A stretch of DNA of 64,000 nt, from positions 1 to 64,000 of the IMG/VR virus record IMGVR_UViG_3300045972_000807; one strand, 5' to 3'. Position 1 is the first letter of the stretch; each line of letters starts with the position of its first letter. The notes beneath the pieces are model-generated. The model did not search any database. It was not told the origin of the DNA and was given only the letters and a program-made list of their open reading frames with translations. Shown piece by piece: positions 18,450 to 28,211 of the stretch. The stretch is from a virus. Made by a program: the position numbers and the translations under genes.

Positions 18450-19120
18450 TTTGCTCTTCCTTTAGTTAAGATAGCCACCTGAATTAGGCTAGCTCTTTTG
18501 TCTACTTCATTCTGCACAATGACCTGAGCCATTTCACGGTTACCTGTCTTGCACAGGCAAAGGGCTTTGAAGGATAAGCCCGCCTTCAATTTGGCTAGGC
18601 GACGGAAGGCCGCACCGTGGTAACGCTTGAGGTCTGCCAGTTCTATCTTGTGGCCTATGCCCAGGATCATTAGAGCCAGCATCTCTACGTTAGCAGTCTC
18701 AGCAGCAGTCTTCACGAGTTGAAACTTAACCTCGTCGCCTGTCTCACGATCAGGGTGGTAGTATTGCATTAGCCGTCGACGGTACCGGTCAGCTATTTCT
18801 ACGTCTAGCTTCTCGAATACGGGATTACCTTCCCCGTCTAAAAGCCAGCGTAACCGTGTATCCCCGGCTGTAGAGAAACGCTTGTCGGGCGTGGACTGTT
18901 CCTCGAGTGCGATAGCCGCCGCCTCAGCAGAGACTAGCTCTTCGTAATCCTTAGCAACAGAGTTTAGCTTGTCTAGGTTAACGTTAAGCCCCGCTAGTTC
19001 GGTGTCAATCTCTTTAGTGAGTTTGCTGTAGTCGTCACACAGGTTTATAAGATCAGACTGAACCAGGGCTTCGTGGATCAACGCCTCAGAGATCTGGCTT
19101 GTCAGTTGGTTCTGGTTCAT
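18446..19120 (-). CDS. J-domain (DnaJ-like) protein
   Basis: YRRRLMQYYHPDRETGDEVKFQLV after an N-terminal coiled coil. Confidence 0.75.
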   Translation of the reverse strand: MNQNQLTSQISEALIHEALVQSDLINLCDDYSKLTKEIDTELAGLNVNLDKLNSVAKDYEELVSAEAAAIALEEQSTPDKRFSTAGDTRLRWLLDGEGNPVFEKLDVEIADRYRRRLMQYYHPDRETGDEVKFQLVKTAAETANVEMLALMILGIGHKIELADLKRYHGAAFRRLAKLKAGLSFKALCLCKTGNREMAQVIVQNEVDKRASLIQVAILTKGRAK

Positions 19121-19337
19121 CTTTAGAATTCCGGTTGAACAGGGCCTGCTCTATGAGGATTGTGGTCTCTACTAGGATAGCCCCCATTAGAGTATCCACA
19201 AACCGGGACATAGGTAGATCGGGGTTAAGGTAACCGCTGCGACCAACTACCTCGCCCAGTATGCGCTTGGCATCAACACGTTTCTGTGCTGCCAGTTCTC
19301 GCAGGGTGTCTAGGCGATCCTCAAATTTGGCGTCCAT
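19086..19337 (-). CDS. hypothetical protein
   Basis: Abuts the folE stop; 83 aa. Confidence 0.6.
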   Translation of the reverse strand: MDAKFEDRLDTLRELAAQKRVDAKRILGEVVGRSGYLNPDLPMSRFVDTLMGAILVETTILIEQALFNRNSKDEPEPTDKPDL

Positions 19338-20006
19338 TTAGTTCTTCCCAGAGTTATGATGGTAACTCAGGAACTCAGCACGAACAGGAGACGCTAAGAA
19401 GCTACCGCCTAAGCGAGCAGTTACAGTAGAAGAGTTAACGTCCCTAACGCCCCTAGCTTTTACGCAAAAGTGCTCAGCGTCTACGATTACTGCTACGTTA
19501 TCTGTGTCTAAGATAAAGCACAGGGCGTGAAAGATCTGCTCTGTTAACCTCTCCTGGATCTGAGGGCGTTTAGCAAAGAAATCCACGATACGATTTATCT
19601 TGGAAAGACCAATTACCTTAGTTTTTGGAATGTAAGCAACCGTGGCCTTACCTGAAATCGTTATGAAATGGTGCTCGCAGGAGCTTTGAACCGTGGCGCG
19701 AGTTAAAACCATTTCGTTGTAGTGCATCTTGTTGTCCACTGTGGTGCACTTTGGAAACAAGTTATAGTTAAGACCGTAGAAGATTTCGTCTACGTACATC
19801 TTAGCAACACGCCTAGGTGTGTCAATAAGACTGTCGTCGGTTAAATCTAATCCAAGGGCTTTCATAATCTCAGCAAAATGGCTCTCAATAAGAGCCCTTT
19901 TAGAAACTTCTGTTTCAGTGTTACCTTTGTCCATTGGAGTTTCAACTCCGATAGATGCCAAATGAGCGTGAACGGATGCTCCGAGAATAGAATCTACTTG
20001 TGCCAT
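19338..20006 (-). CDS. folE: GTP cyclohydrolase I
   Basis: [43 protein letters not shown]; ATG at 20006 has an AAGGA RBS. Confidence 0.97.
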   Translation of the reverse strand: MAQVDSILGASVHAHLASIGVETPMDKGNTETEVSKRALIESHFAEIMKALGLDLTDDSLIDTPRRVAKMYVDEIFYGLNYNLFPKCTTVDNKMHYNEMVLTRATVQSSCEHHFITISGKATVAYIPKTKVIGLSKINRIVDFFAKRPQIQERLTEQIFHALCFILDTDNVAVIVDAEHFCVKARGVRDVNSSTVTARLGGSFLASPVRAEFLSYHHNSGKN

Positions 20007-20016
20007 AATGTTTCCT

Positions 20017-20895
20017 TTACTTTGTAAAATGTTTGTTACCTGCGAGTTTAGCTTTTCGGCGTACCCAGGCATCACGCAGCTTTTGCTTAACTTCTTCGGT
20101 ACGAACTAAACCCCGGTTTAGAGTATGTCCGGGTTTACCTCTATGCCCGTCGCCTATTGCTTTTCTAGCCTCTTCAGATACTGAATGCCCCATTAGTGAC
20201 ACTGACCTCTTTTTCTTACCTTCCTCCCAGCGTTGTTCTCTTCCAGCTTCCCAAACAACCCGGCGTTCGTGTCTAAGCTTTCGGCTAGCGAGCTTGTTGA
20301 AGTACCTTACGTGCCTTTCAATTTCTTTTTTCCTAAGCGTATCTTCTCTTAACTGTCGCTTAGCTTCTACGCGTTTGTTTATTGCGTCTCTACGTTCAGC
20401 TACCTTAACCGCTGAGGCTTCTTTTTCGTGATCTCTAGAAGCCGGCCAACTCTTTCCTTTGTTATGAGAAGGTCTTCCAGCGTTAGCCAAACCTATCTTA
20501 ATCTTGGTTTCAGGAGCTATAGCTCCTCTTGAGCCACCACCGTCTCTTATGTTTACGCAATTTTCTGGAATTCTCTTACGCAGGTGTTCCACAGCAACTG
20601 ACTCAAATAAGTCTAGTTCTGTTTTAGACCTGGCCCAAAGAACCCTCTCGGTTTTAATACACTTACGCCCGTACTTTTGCTTGAAGCGTCTAACAATTAA
20701 ACCTGAGCCCACGTAAGTAGGAGAGAACTCGCTACCTATGTGCAAACCTGTATAAAACCTTTTAGCGTTAGTCTTAGGGCTGGTTAGAGTTGTTAGGTAT
20801 AGGTAACCTATGCCTCTATGCCTGAGCGGTCTTTCGGTTTTGGATAGAACTGCTTTAGCTAAAGCGTTAGAGGTTATACTGAAAGGGTTTTTCAT
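20017..20895 (-). CDS. free-standing GIY-YIG homing endonuclease with NUMOD3-like C-terminal motifs
   Basis: GYLY...FYTG, YVGSG, conserved E and NIRDGG; SEEARKAIG and [12 protein letters not shown]-binding motifs. Confidence 0.8.
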   Translation of the reverse strand: MKNPFSITSNALAKAVLSKTERPLRHRGIGYLYLTTLTSPKTNAKRFYTGLHIGSEFSPTYVGSGLIVRRFKQKYGRKCIKTERVLWARSKTELDLFESVAVEHLRKRIPENCVNIRDGGGSRGAIAPETKIKIGLANAGRPSHNKGKSWPASRDHEKEASAVKVAERRDAINKRVEAKRQLREDTLRKKEIERHVRYFNKLASRKLRHERRVVWEAGREQRWEEGKKKRSVSLMGHSVSEEARKAIGDGHRGKPGHTLNRGLVRTEEVKQKLRDAWVRRKAKLAGNKHFTK

Positions 20896-21479
20896 TAACC
20901 TTTCTCCCTAGGGTTTCGCTCCCTTACTGAATTTGTTTCACGGTTTAGTTGTGCCATCTGCTGGCGCTTTAACTGTCTAGCATTGGGCCCAGGACGGACG
21001 TCTTGGTTGTTACCCATCGGAGTCTTAGCGTCACCGCCTAACTCTTTTATAAGGTCGGCTATATTCGGTTTCTTGTCCTGATCTTTTCTTAGAGTCAAGT
21101 CCAGGAATAGCGTTCGCTCCTCAGCAGTTAGATCACACTGTTGGGCAATGAACGATGCCATCTTGATCTTTAAAGCCTGATCTAGCATGGCATGAAGCGT
21201 ATGAAAGTATTTACCGGCCTGCGGTTCCTCTTCCATAGCTAAGCGTAATACTTCTACGCCGTCCTGCAATCCGTTATCTAGTGCTAATAGTTTAGGCGCG
21301 ATAACGTTAATCAGGAAATCTCTAGCAGCGTTTATTCCAGGGGCTAAAACCAATGGGGTACCGGCTTGGTAGGTCTTGCTAAGGTCTACCAGAGCCTGAT
21401 TCATAGGTACCTGGGGCTTACCCGGTATGTCAGCTCTTACCGACGCAGGCTTTAACTTAGCTCTGCTTTTGAATCTCAT
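20895..21479 (-). CDS. hypothetical protein
   Basis: Stop/start coupled on both sides; 194 aa. Confidence 0.7.
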   Translation of the reverse strand: MRFKSRAKLKPASVRADIPGKPQVPMNQALVDLSKTYQAGTPLVLAPGINAARDFLINVIAPKLLALDNGLQDGVEVLRLAMEEEPQAGKYFHTLHAMLDQALKIKMASFIAQQCDLTAEERTLFLDLTLRKDQDKKPNIADLIKELGGDAKTPMGNNQDVRPGPNARQLKRQQMAQLNRETNSVRERNPREKG

Positions 21480-21760
21480 AGACCTACCCAGCTAGTTAGC
21501 AGATAGAAAGGCCACACCTTCTCCCATAACAGGTGCTCCAGTGGGAACCCCATAGTAAGGCCTACCCAAAAGCGCCAGTCAGTTAGAAGGCTTCTGGCTT
21601 CATGGTAACACTTTACCAGTGTACCCAACTCATTAAAATGAAAGTGAGGTTCAGTCCGTTTACGCGGCGGCACAAAGAGTTCGGGGTGATCTTCTACCTT
21701 GTAATCCTCAGCGGCCTTAAAAGGCTTGAACCCTGGCCTGTGGTTGGTTTTTAGAGTCAT
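21476..21760 (-). CDS. small hypothetical protein with hydrophobic C-terminus
   Basis: ATGA overlaps at both ends; GAGGAG RBS. Confidence 0.7.
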   Translation of the reverse strand: MTLKTNHRPGFKPFKAAEDYKVEDHPELFVPPRKRTEPHFHFNELGTLVKCYHEARSLLTDWRFWVGLTMGFPLEHLLWEKVWPFYLLTSWVGL

Positions 21761-22773
21761 GCGGCTATTGCTCCTCGTTTGGCTATCAGCTCTCGGTTAG
21801 CACGTAAAACTGCTTTATGCAACTTGGGATCTACCTTTTCAGAAACCATCCAGTCGCTAAGTGCTTGCTCGATGTTAAACTTTACGGCGCTGCTGTGATC
21901 GTCAATCACAAAGTCAGACATAACGAGTGCCTCGAGTTCGCTCTTGGTAGTGAACGTATTGTGCTTCACCACGTTGGGATGCTTATCCAGAACGCCGTCG
22001 TGTAGGGCAACACCTGCCTTAACAAACAGCTTGCAAAGGATATTTGGGTCGCTAGGTATAAGGTCTTCTATGTCTGAAGGCTTCTCGATGACGATGTTCC
22101 TTAGGACATACTGCGGGCTGTGCTTTACGTTCTCAACAGTACGTGCTTCAGCATCGACCAAGTGCCAATACTTTCCTTCCTTCTCCCCAAAGTACGTCTG
22201 ATACAGGGTACCGGAATAATGAACGTTCTTTCCCGCCTTGTGCATCGTGTGCAGATGACCTGCTACACAAAAGCACTTGGGACTTATCTTGGTTCCCACA
22301 TTGAACGGCCTGCCTGAGTCCATGAAGGAGCCTGCTACCTCAACGTGAATGACGTTAGTGGCACCAGCTTCTACTTCCTTGTAGAAGGGCCAAGGCAAAA
22401 GGTTGATAGGATGATCTGTGTCCCTAAAGATCATTGTAGGCTTTGACAGTATGATCTTCACGTTGGGCTTCCTCATGTGAAACAAAAGGTCTAGCCCAGT
22501 GTGGTGAACATCAAGTCTATCGTGGTTGCCTGAGATCATCACAAACTTCATCTCAGCAAACTCATCGAAGAGGTCAATGAGCAGCATGTGTGCTTCGTAA
22601 CTCAAGACGGGCTTGTCGCCTATGTCCCCGTAGAACACAACCAGACGACAACCCTTCTTCCGAGCTTTAGCTACGACGCTGCGAACTTCCTGGATAATAT
22701 ATTTATTTAGTTCGGGGATGTGTTTTGACAGTCGTCCGTCAAAATGCAAATCGCCTATCCCACAGAATAACAT
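21757..22773 (-). CDS. sbcD: SbcD/Mre11-like metallophosphoesterase nuclease
   Basis: GDLH, GDIGD, GNHD, GHLH, YSGT. Confidence 0.88.
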   Translation of the reverse strand: MLFCGIGDLHFDGRLSKHIPELNKYIIQEVRSVVAKARKKGCRLVVFYGDIGDKPVLSYEAHMLLIDLFDEFAEMKFVMISGNHDRLDVHHTGLDLLFHMRKPNVKIILSKPTMIFRDTDHPINLLPWPFYKEVEAGATNVIHVEVAGSFMDSGRPFNVGTKISPKCFCVAGHLHTMHKAGKNVHYSGTLYQTYFGEKEGKYWHLVDAEARTVENVKHSPQYVLRNIVIEKPSDIEDLIPSDPNILCKLFVKAGVALHDGVLDKHPNVVKHNTFTTKSELEALVMSDFVIDDHSSAVKFNIEQALSDWMVSEKVDPKLHKAVLRANRELIAKRGAIAA

Positions 22774-22818
22774 GAACTTTGCCCTAAGGTAGATTACAGT
22801 TTAAAGCGTTAACCACAG

Positions 22819-22844
22819 GTACCTAGCGTACATGAGCTAGGTAC
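22819..22844. terminator. intergenic hairpin
   Basis: GTACCTAGC-GTACATGA-GCTAGGTAC between primase and nuclease genes; no clear U tail. Confidence 0.4.
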
Positions 22845-22876
22845 TTATCTCACAAGAGTGGGTTACGGCACACAGG

Positions 22877-23821
22877 TCACGTAGACGCAACGCTTTGGTA
22901 TAGCTGATGGAGTTTGCGAACTAACGATTTAGGCATATTAAACGGGTCGTATTCGCCTTCCCACTTATACAACTCGAAATCGTATATGTTGAGGTAACCG
23001 TCACAGGCTTCCTTTAGCATCATTGACGCTGTGTGACCTGCCTCGTCTCCGTCCATACACAAGATAAGATTCTCTATGCCGGCCAACTCTATAAGCCGGC
23101 GCTTAGCGTCCGACCACGACTGAGTTCCCAGCATCGCCACCGCAGGTAGACCTTCTTGCATTAGCCTCATAGGGTCCCTGGGGCCCTCAGTAAGGATAAG
23201 AGTACTGGACCCATTGGCTACTTCAAGTGCTTGGTCAAATAAGAACAAGCCCTGTGTCTTGCTCCACAACCCAGGCTTGTTAAGGTACGATGGAAACTTC
23301 TTGCTCTTAGGTTTTTCCTTCTGAGCCCGAATGTACCCGACCTCTTTATGGTTAACCATAACCGGAAAGTACAGGCTACGGCTGTCAACTATCTTGGCTC
23401 CCACAGTCTCCCTGAGGAAGTCGATCGGTACGCCGCGCCAACCGTCCTTGATACCCAAGGTAGTCACGTTCTTTGCCGACATAGACTTTAAAGTAGCCGG
23501 GTCAATTATTCGATCGTCTACGTCTGTCGAATGAACATTGAAGAATGCTTCATAGGGCTCTGTGTCAATTGGGGGCGTGGCTTCTGACCCTGCTTCAATG
23601 CCAAGCTTTTCAGCTAGTTTGCTAAAAGCACCTTTTGCGCCACACGACCAACACTTGTAGAACCCTTGGTACGGTGGCCTAGCCTTAACACTACAACTGG
23701 GGTTGCTATCAGCGTGAAAGGGGCAAACGATGACGGTGTATTCACCTTGTCGCTTGCCCTTCAGGCTGTTTAGGATTCCCTCTATGTCGTAGTTATTTTT
23801 GTAAGTAGGCGCAGTGCTCAT
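22877..23821 (-). CDS. dnaG: DNA primase (CHC2 zinc finger + TOPRIM)
   Basis: CPFH...CWSC, LTEGPRD, MDGDEAG, YDP. Confidence 0.92.
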   Translation of the reverse strand: MSTAPTYKNNYDIEGILNSLKGKRQGEYTVIVCPFHADSNPSCSVKARPPYQGFYKCWSCGAKGAFSKLAEKLGIEAGSEATPPIDTEPYEAFFNVHSTDVDDRIIDPATLKSMSAKNVTTLGIKDGWRGVPIDFLRETVGAKIVDSRSLYFPVMVNHKEVGYIRAQKEKPKSKKFPSYLNKPGLWSKTQGLFLFDQALEVANGSSTLILTEGPRDPMRLMQEGLPAVAMLGTQSWSDAKRRLIELAGIENLILCMDGDEAGHTASMMLKEACDGYLNIYDFELYKWEGEYDPFNMPKSLVRKLHQLYQSVAST

Positions 23822-24126
23822 GATGCAATTGTGAACCGATCAACAATCTCGTCTTCCTCTGGACCGTAGTCCTCGAGAGGATATAGGAACCGGGCTATGT
23901 TACCAACCCGGACTTCAACCCAGTATGTTTTGGCACCATTACTTTGCTTCTGCTCTCGATAAAGTTTTAGGGCTTCCTCAAGGGACTCATTTTGAGGGAG
24001 TGCAACGAAGTCGCCTTCATACGGCCAGTGGTAAGCCACGACGAACCGTACTTGTTCTTTGGAGGCATTAGCCACCAGGTTGGCAATGTTTATTATCTGC
24101 CCCGGCGATGTAGAGATCATTTTCAT
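23818..24126 (-). CDS. hypothetical protein
   Basis: ATGA overlaps with both pol and primase; AGGAG RBS. Confidence 0.75.
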   Translation of the reverse strand: MKMISTSPGQIINIANLVANASKEQVRFVVAYHWPYEGDFVALPQNESLEEALKLYREQKQSNGAKTYWVEVRVGNIARFLYPLEDYGPEEDEIVDRFTIAS

Positions 24127-27100
24127 GCTTTGCTCCTAACTAGGTTTTGCTCTTTCAACATTAAAAGGATCTGGCCCTTAACGTCGTCGTACGGTACGCC
24201 CAGGATAGGGTAGTTCTCGAATAGGTATTCGCGTTCTCCCTTGTCAAGCCAGCACCAGAAGATCTGCCTCATGGCTTCGTCCACATCATCGCAAAGCCCC
24301 ATAGCTTTTTGGTCTTCAAGGGACTTACGCATGATCTTGCCCAGTTCAGGGATCTCATAGTTCCATTTATAGACAGTGTCCTCGCGAGCACACAACTCTA
24401 ACTCTACCTCAGGCGCAGCCAGCATCTTGAATCCAAAATGCTTTTCATAGTAAGCCGCAGTGCCTAGCGTAGAGCTCCAGAGTCCAATTTGGATCTGAGG
24501 CAATACCAACTCATAGGGCGTAGAGTAATAAGAAGCATCGTGAACCAATCGACTGATACGGGAGAACGCTTTGTTACCTCCGAGTGGGCATTCCTCTAAT
24601 GCTTCCTGTACTCTTGGGCGCTTGCTATAGAGATACGTGTTGGTATAGCTTAGGTAACCGCTAACTACACCTACCTCAGACGCTATACCCTGAACCGGAG
24701 AGTTCTTAGCACGCCGACCAGCGTCACCGATCGACTTGCCCAGTTTGGTAACTGCGCGCCACAACCTACGGGGGCGACCAATTGGAGACATAACGCAGAA
24801 GTCTTTTTCGATCTGAGCCTTCATGCGAGCAAGCCATTGCATACCCTTAGGCATGTCTTTTTCCATCTTGGCCAAGATGGTTTCGGCTTGCTCTACAAAC
24901 GGATCAATGTCCATCGCAAGTTCTAAGTCTTCGAGAAGCTGTGCCGTGTCACCACCAGGTGGTACCGCCTTCAAAAGCTTCTTCAATTCAGCTATGCGGC
25001 TCTTCTGCAAATCTCGGCCAAGTGTCCTAGGTGACTTACCGTACACCACACCGAACACCACGCTCTTAACAGCCTCGCGCATCGGGTCTTTCTTCTCAAT
25101 CCACTTACCGAAGAACCGGAACACGTTTGCAATGTGCGCGTCGCCCTCCTTCTTTAGCCTCTCACGAATTTCATCCGTGGGATTGGCAATAAGTAAGCGT
25201 CGTAGGCGTAAGCCTGCATTGAAGGACTCTGCAATGGCCTTGTCGTATGCGACGTTGCCCCACATCCGAATCTCGTGAGCACTAAAGTCCCAACGGGGGC
25301 TAAGCGTATGCCTGCGGCTTATAAACATCCTCTTGATTAGTTTGGCTAACTTCCCACGGTTGGGAACGTTCTGCAAATTGGGATCAAAGGAGCTTAACCG
25401 GCCTGTAACCACGCCGAAGAAGTCGAATGAAGGTCGTAGGCATCCGTCTAGTTGCCCATCTTTGCTAGTCAGGATGGCGTCTCGCCAAGAACCCACGTAG
25501 GTACTCAGCAGTTTGCGGGCTTCACTGTACTCGGAAAGCAGCTGTGCTTCCTCATACGTGTCCTTGTACTCAGCCAAGAACGCTTTGTCCACTGAAGGTG
25601 TACCTGTGGGCGTAAACGATGTAGGCTTTAGCTTGAGAACCTGAAAGAACAATATCTCAAGATGCTTGGGCTTGATCTGAAAAGCCGATACGTCAGCACT
25701 TACCTTGAACAGCGTGTTGTTAGTGCGACCTGTGCTCTTGTTTAGAAGTTTTGTAGCATCAACTACCGACTCAAGGCTAAGCAGCTTGCGCTTCAATTGA
25801 GCCATAAGCGGAATCAGCTTGGAAACCTTAGGGTCCAAGAGTGACTCGCAATACTCCATGTCCACATAAGTACCGTACTCCTCCATCAGGGACAGAGTCT
25901 TACTGGTGATACCCATCTGGTGGATAACGTGCTTAATGAAGTGCGGGTAGAACGATACCAGTTGTCCCTTGTCATCGCGAACCTTAGTACGCTTGGCCTG
26001 AGCGCACTGACCCAGGTATAGGCCGAACGTAGCACACGGATCAAGAGCGCAATAGTCTTGTGCCCCCGTGTGTTCCATGATGTTGACCGCACTGATGGTG
26101 TCCCGTTGCTCCTTAGAGAACGGCATCGTGTAGTAACTGTCATTGCCGTAGAGGCAGAACATATTCCGCAAGTTGCCCATGCGGGGTTTAACCGGAGTAG
26201 ACTCTAGTCCGCGGAACGACGAGGTATTCAGGATACCCAAGTTTTCGTCTAGCAAATGCTCACCGGCTTGAACCTCGTACACATGATGGTGTACTGCTGG
26301 TATCTTTAATTTGGATCGCAGTATGCGAAGGTCGAACTTGCCGTTGAAGAACACAATACGCTTGAGCATCTCTGGTTTAGAGACAGCCCAGAACTTTCGT
26401 AGTTCCCGCTTGATGTATCTTTGTTCTTCAGCATCAAAGGGAGAGTTCTTGTGCTCGATCGGAAGGATGTAACCCTTCTCTGTGTCGAAGGCAATCTGGT
26501 ATGTCAGTATCTTGTTGCGGTAACTGCTCAGGTTGTTGGTTTCCAAGTCACAAGCAAACTCAGCAGCCTCACGCTGCTTCTCCATTAGCCTATCAAACTT
26601 CTCTATCGTGTCCACAATCACCGGCTTGGCCTTTATGCCAGCCAAGCTCTCAGGATTGTGCCCACGCACCAAGTTAGAGGCGTTACGTGCCACAAGATAC
26701 AGCAAGTCAGACAGAGACGCGTCCTTGTCGCTGTTGTCAGCCTTGTATAGCAGTTGGTCCAGCGGTAATGTCTGGCAATACTTGATACCTTCATGCTCTA
26801 CTGGGTTGCCCAGCATGTACCGCATGTACGGTAAGTGAGGCAACATCAATGAGCTACAACGGAAGCCACTCAGCAGTATCTTAGTGGGCTTCAGTTGATC
26901 GATTGTTTCTTTCCACGTAGCCGAGGAGAACACCGCAACCGCAAACGCGTGAGTGTTCTGGGCTTGTAGATTGTCTGTAAGGGCGTGGCCCAAGATGGCC
27001 TGTATAGAGTTGCCGGTGACGTTGACCACCATGTTTCTGCCGGAGCCCTCATCCGGAGACATTAGCTTGTGGTTATCGTGGTCTACCTTGTCGGCTTTTT

Positions 27101-27203
27101 CAATCAGAACTAAGAGTCGTTCCTTGGCCTTCTTCCATCCGGAAGTAACGACGGGCCCTAGCCGCTCACTAGATGAGAAATTGTTAAATTCAAGTTGTTC
27201 CAT
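24123..27203 (-). CDS. polA: family A DNA polymerase with 3'-5' exonuclease
   Basis: Exo motifs DLET, NGKFD, YCALD; TGRLSSFDPNLQN; motif A DFSAHEIR; motif B RxxxKxxxFGxxYG; NSPVQG; motif C LVHDA. Confidence 0.95.
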   Translation of the reverse strand: MEQLEFNNFSSSERLGPVVTSGWKKAKERLLVLIEKADKVDHDNHKLMSPDEGSGRNMVVNVTGNSIQAILGHALTDNLQAQNTHAFAVAVFSSATWKETIDQLKPTKILLSGFRCSSLMLPHLPYMRYMLGNPVEHEGIKYCQTLPLDQLLYKADNSDKDASLSDLLYLVARNASNLVRGHNPESLAGIKAKPVIVDTIEKFDRLMEKQREAAEFACDLETNNLSSYRNKILTYQIAFDTEKGYILPIEHKNSPFDAEEQRYIKRELRKFWAVSKPEMLKRIVFFNGKFDLRILRSKLKIPAVHHHVYEVQAGEHLLDENLGILNTSSFRGLESTPVKPRMGNLRNMFCLYGNDSYYTMPFSKEQRDTISAVNIMEHTGAQDYCALDPCATFGLYLGQCAQAKRTKVRDDKGQLVSFYPHFIKHVIHQMGITSKTLSLMEEYGTYVDMEYCESLLDPKVSKLIPLMAQLKRKLLSLESVVDATKLLNKSTGRTNNTLFKVSADVSAFQIKPKHLEILFFQVLKLKPTSFTPTGTPSVDKAFLAEYKDTYEEAQLLSEYSEARKLLSTYVGSWRDAILTSKDGQLDGCLRPSFDFFGVVTGRLSSFDPNLQNVPNRGKLAKLIKRMFISRRHTLSPRWDFSAHEIRMWGNVAYDKAIAESFNAGLRLRRLLIANPTDEIRERLKKEGDAHIANVFRFFGKWIEKKDPMREAVKSVVFGVVYGKSPRTLGRDLQKSRIAELKKLLKAVPPGGDTAQLLEDLELAMDIDPFVEQAETILAKMEKDMPKGMQWLARMKAQIEKDFCVMSPIGRPRRLWRAVTKLGKSIGDAGRRAKNSPVQGIASEVGVVSGYLSYTNTYLYSKRPRVQEALEECPLGGNKAFSRISRLVHDASYYSTPYELVLPQIQIGLWSSTLGTAAYYEKHFGFKMLAAPEVELELCAREDTVYKWNYEIPELGKIMRKSLEDQKAMGLCDDVDEAMRQIFWCWLDKGEREYLFENYPILGVPYDDVKGQILLMLKEQNLVRSKA

Positions 27204-27226
27204 TATCTACATTAAAAAGAACAAAG

Positions 27227-27264
27227 CAAAATGGACGGCTTAGTTGCCTAAGCCGTCCATTTTG
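27227..27264 (-). terminator. 17-bp hairpin with GCAA loop and U-rich tail
   Basis: CAAAATGGACGGCTTAG / CTAAGCCGTCCATTTTG; minus strand continues CTTTGTTCTTTTT. Confidence 0.7.
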
Positions 27265-27272
27265 TTAAAAAG

Positions 27273-27300
27273 GGTAGCTGAGGGAATTCCCTCAGCTACC
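27273..27300 (-). terminator. 28-nt perfect palindrome with U tail
   Basis: GGTAGCTGAGGGAATTCCCTCAGCTACC; minus strand continues CTTTTT. Confidence 0.7.
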
Positions 27301-27386
27301 AACTCTAATGTAGAGTCCCACCTAATATCCAACTACTGGATGGGTACGGCAGGAGCAACCGTCACTACACGAGAGGCATTTAAAAC

Positions 27387-27728
27387 CTATTCAAGTCCAA
27401 TATGCAGCTCACCTGGGCTGTTGAACTTGATCCGCATCGCTGCGAAGGTTTTGTTGAAAGACGTAATTGCCTTTACAGGTACCGTGTTGACGTCCCACAA
27501 GATTGATGCTTGAATCACAGGATCCTCATCGAGGGCCTGTGACGTTGGGCTCAAGGTGAAAGACACTTCAACAGCTACGTTAGCCTGAAAAGCCAAGTTA
27601 CGAACGTGTCGCGCAAGCTTGCCGAAGCCAGATGCCGACAAGAAAATTACGCCAGGCGCACTAGCGTAGACGTGTGTGGTAAGCGTGTTGTTTACGTCGT
27701 CCGGAAACGATCTTACGTTAATGGCCAT
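27387..27728 (-). CDS. hypothetical protein, possibly virion-associated
   Basis: 113-aa ORF in the operon after the SNF2 and Ala-rich genes. Confidence 0.65.
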   Translation of the reverse strand: MAINVRSFPDDVNNTLTTHVYASAPGVIFLSASGFGKLARHVRNLAFQANVAVEVSFTLSPTSQALDEDPVIQASILWDVNTVPVKAITSFNKTFAAMRIKFNSPGELHIGLE

Positions 27729-27734
27729 GGGCTG

Positions 27735-28199
27735 TTACTCTTGTGTTGCGGGTTCTTTGGCGGCCAAGGCAGCCGCGTCAGCTGCAGCTTGGTCAGCGGC
27801 GGCGGCATCGGAAGCAGCTTTGTCCGAGGCGGCCTGCGCTTCAGCCGCAGCAGCTTCTTCAGCTGCCTTAGCTTCCTCAGCAGCCTTAGCGGCGGCCGCT
27901 TGCTCAGCAGCCAAGGCGTCAGCAGCGGCCTTGGCAGCTTTGTTTGCCTCAAATGACGCTGATTCCTGAGCAGCAGCCTCGTCGCCCAGGATTACCCGAA
28001 TGTGCTCGATAACGTGGGCACTGACCAGCTCCACGTTATCGAGAACGCGCAAGAGCCAAACTTTGGACTCGCCGGTCTTGTGGTGCACTTCTTCTACAAA
28101 GGCATTGAACTCGGCTTGGGTAAGTGCCTCGGCGTCCGATACGGTTTTGCCGATCTTGACCAGGTAAGCACGAACTACTTCAGTAGATATATCCAGCAT
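27735..28199 (-). CDS. Ala/Glu/Lys-rich helical protein
   Basis: AAGGAG RBS; C-terminal half of AAAE/AAAK repeats. Confidence 0.75.
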   Translation of the reverse strand: MLDISTEVVRAYLVKIGKTVSDAEALTQAEFNAFVEEVHHKTGESKVWLLRVLDNVELVSAHVIEHIRVILGDEAAAQESASFEANKAAKAAADALAAEQAAAAKAAEEAKAAEEAAAAEAQAASDKAASDAAAADQAAADAAALAAKEPATQE

Positions 28200-28211
28200 T
28201 TAATTTACTCC

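Noticed and set aside
19338-21479. Group I intron housing the GIY-YIG gene
   Set aside because: folE is complete with its own RBS, and the endonuclease ORF abuts both neighbours, leaving no room for intron core structure.
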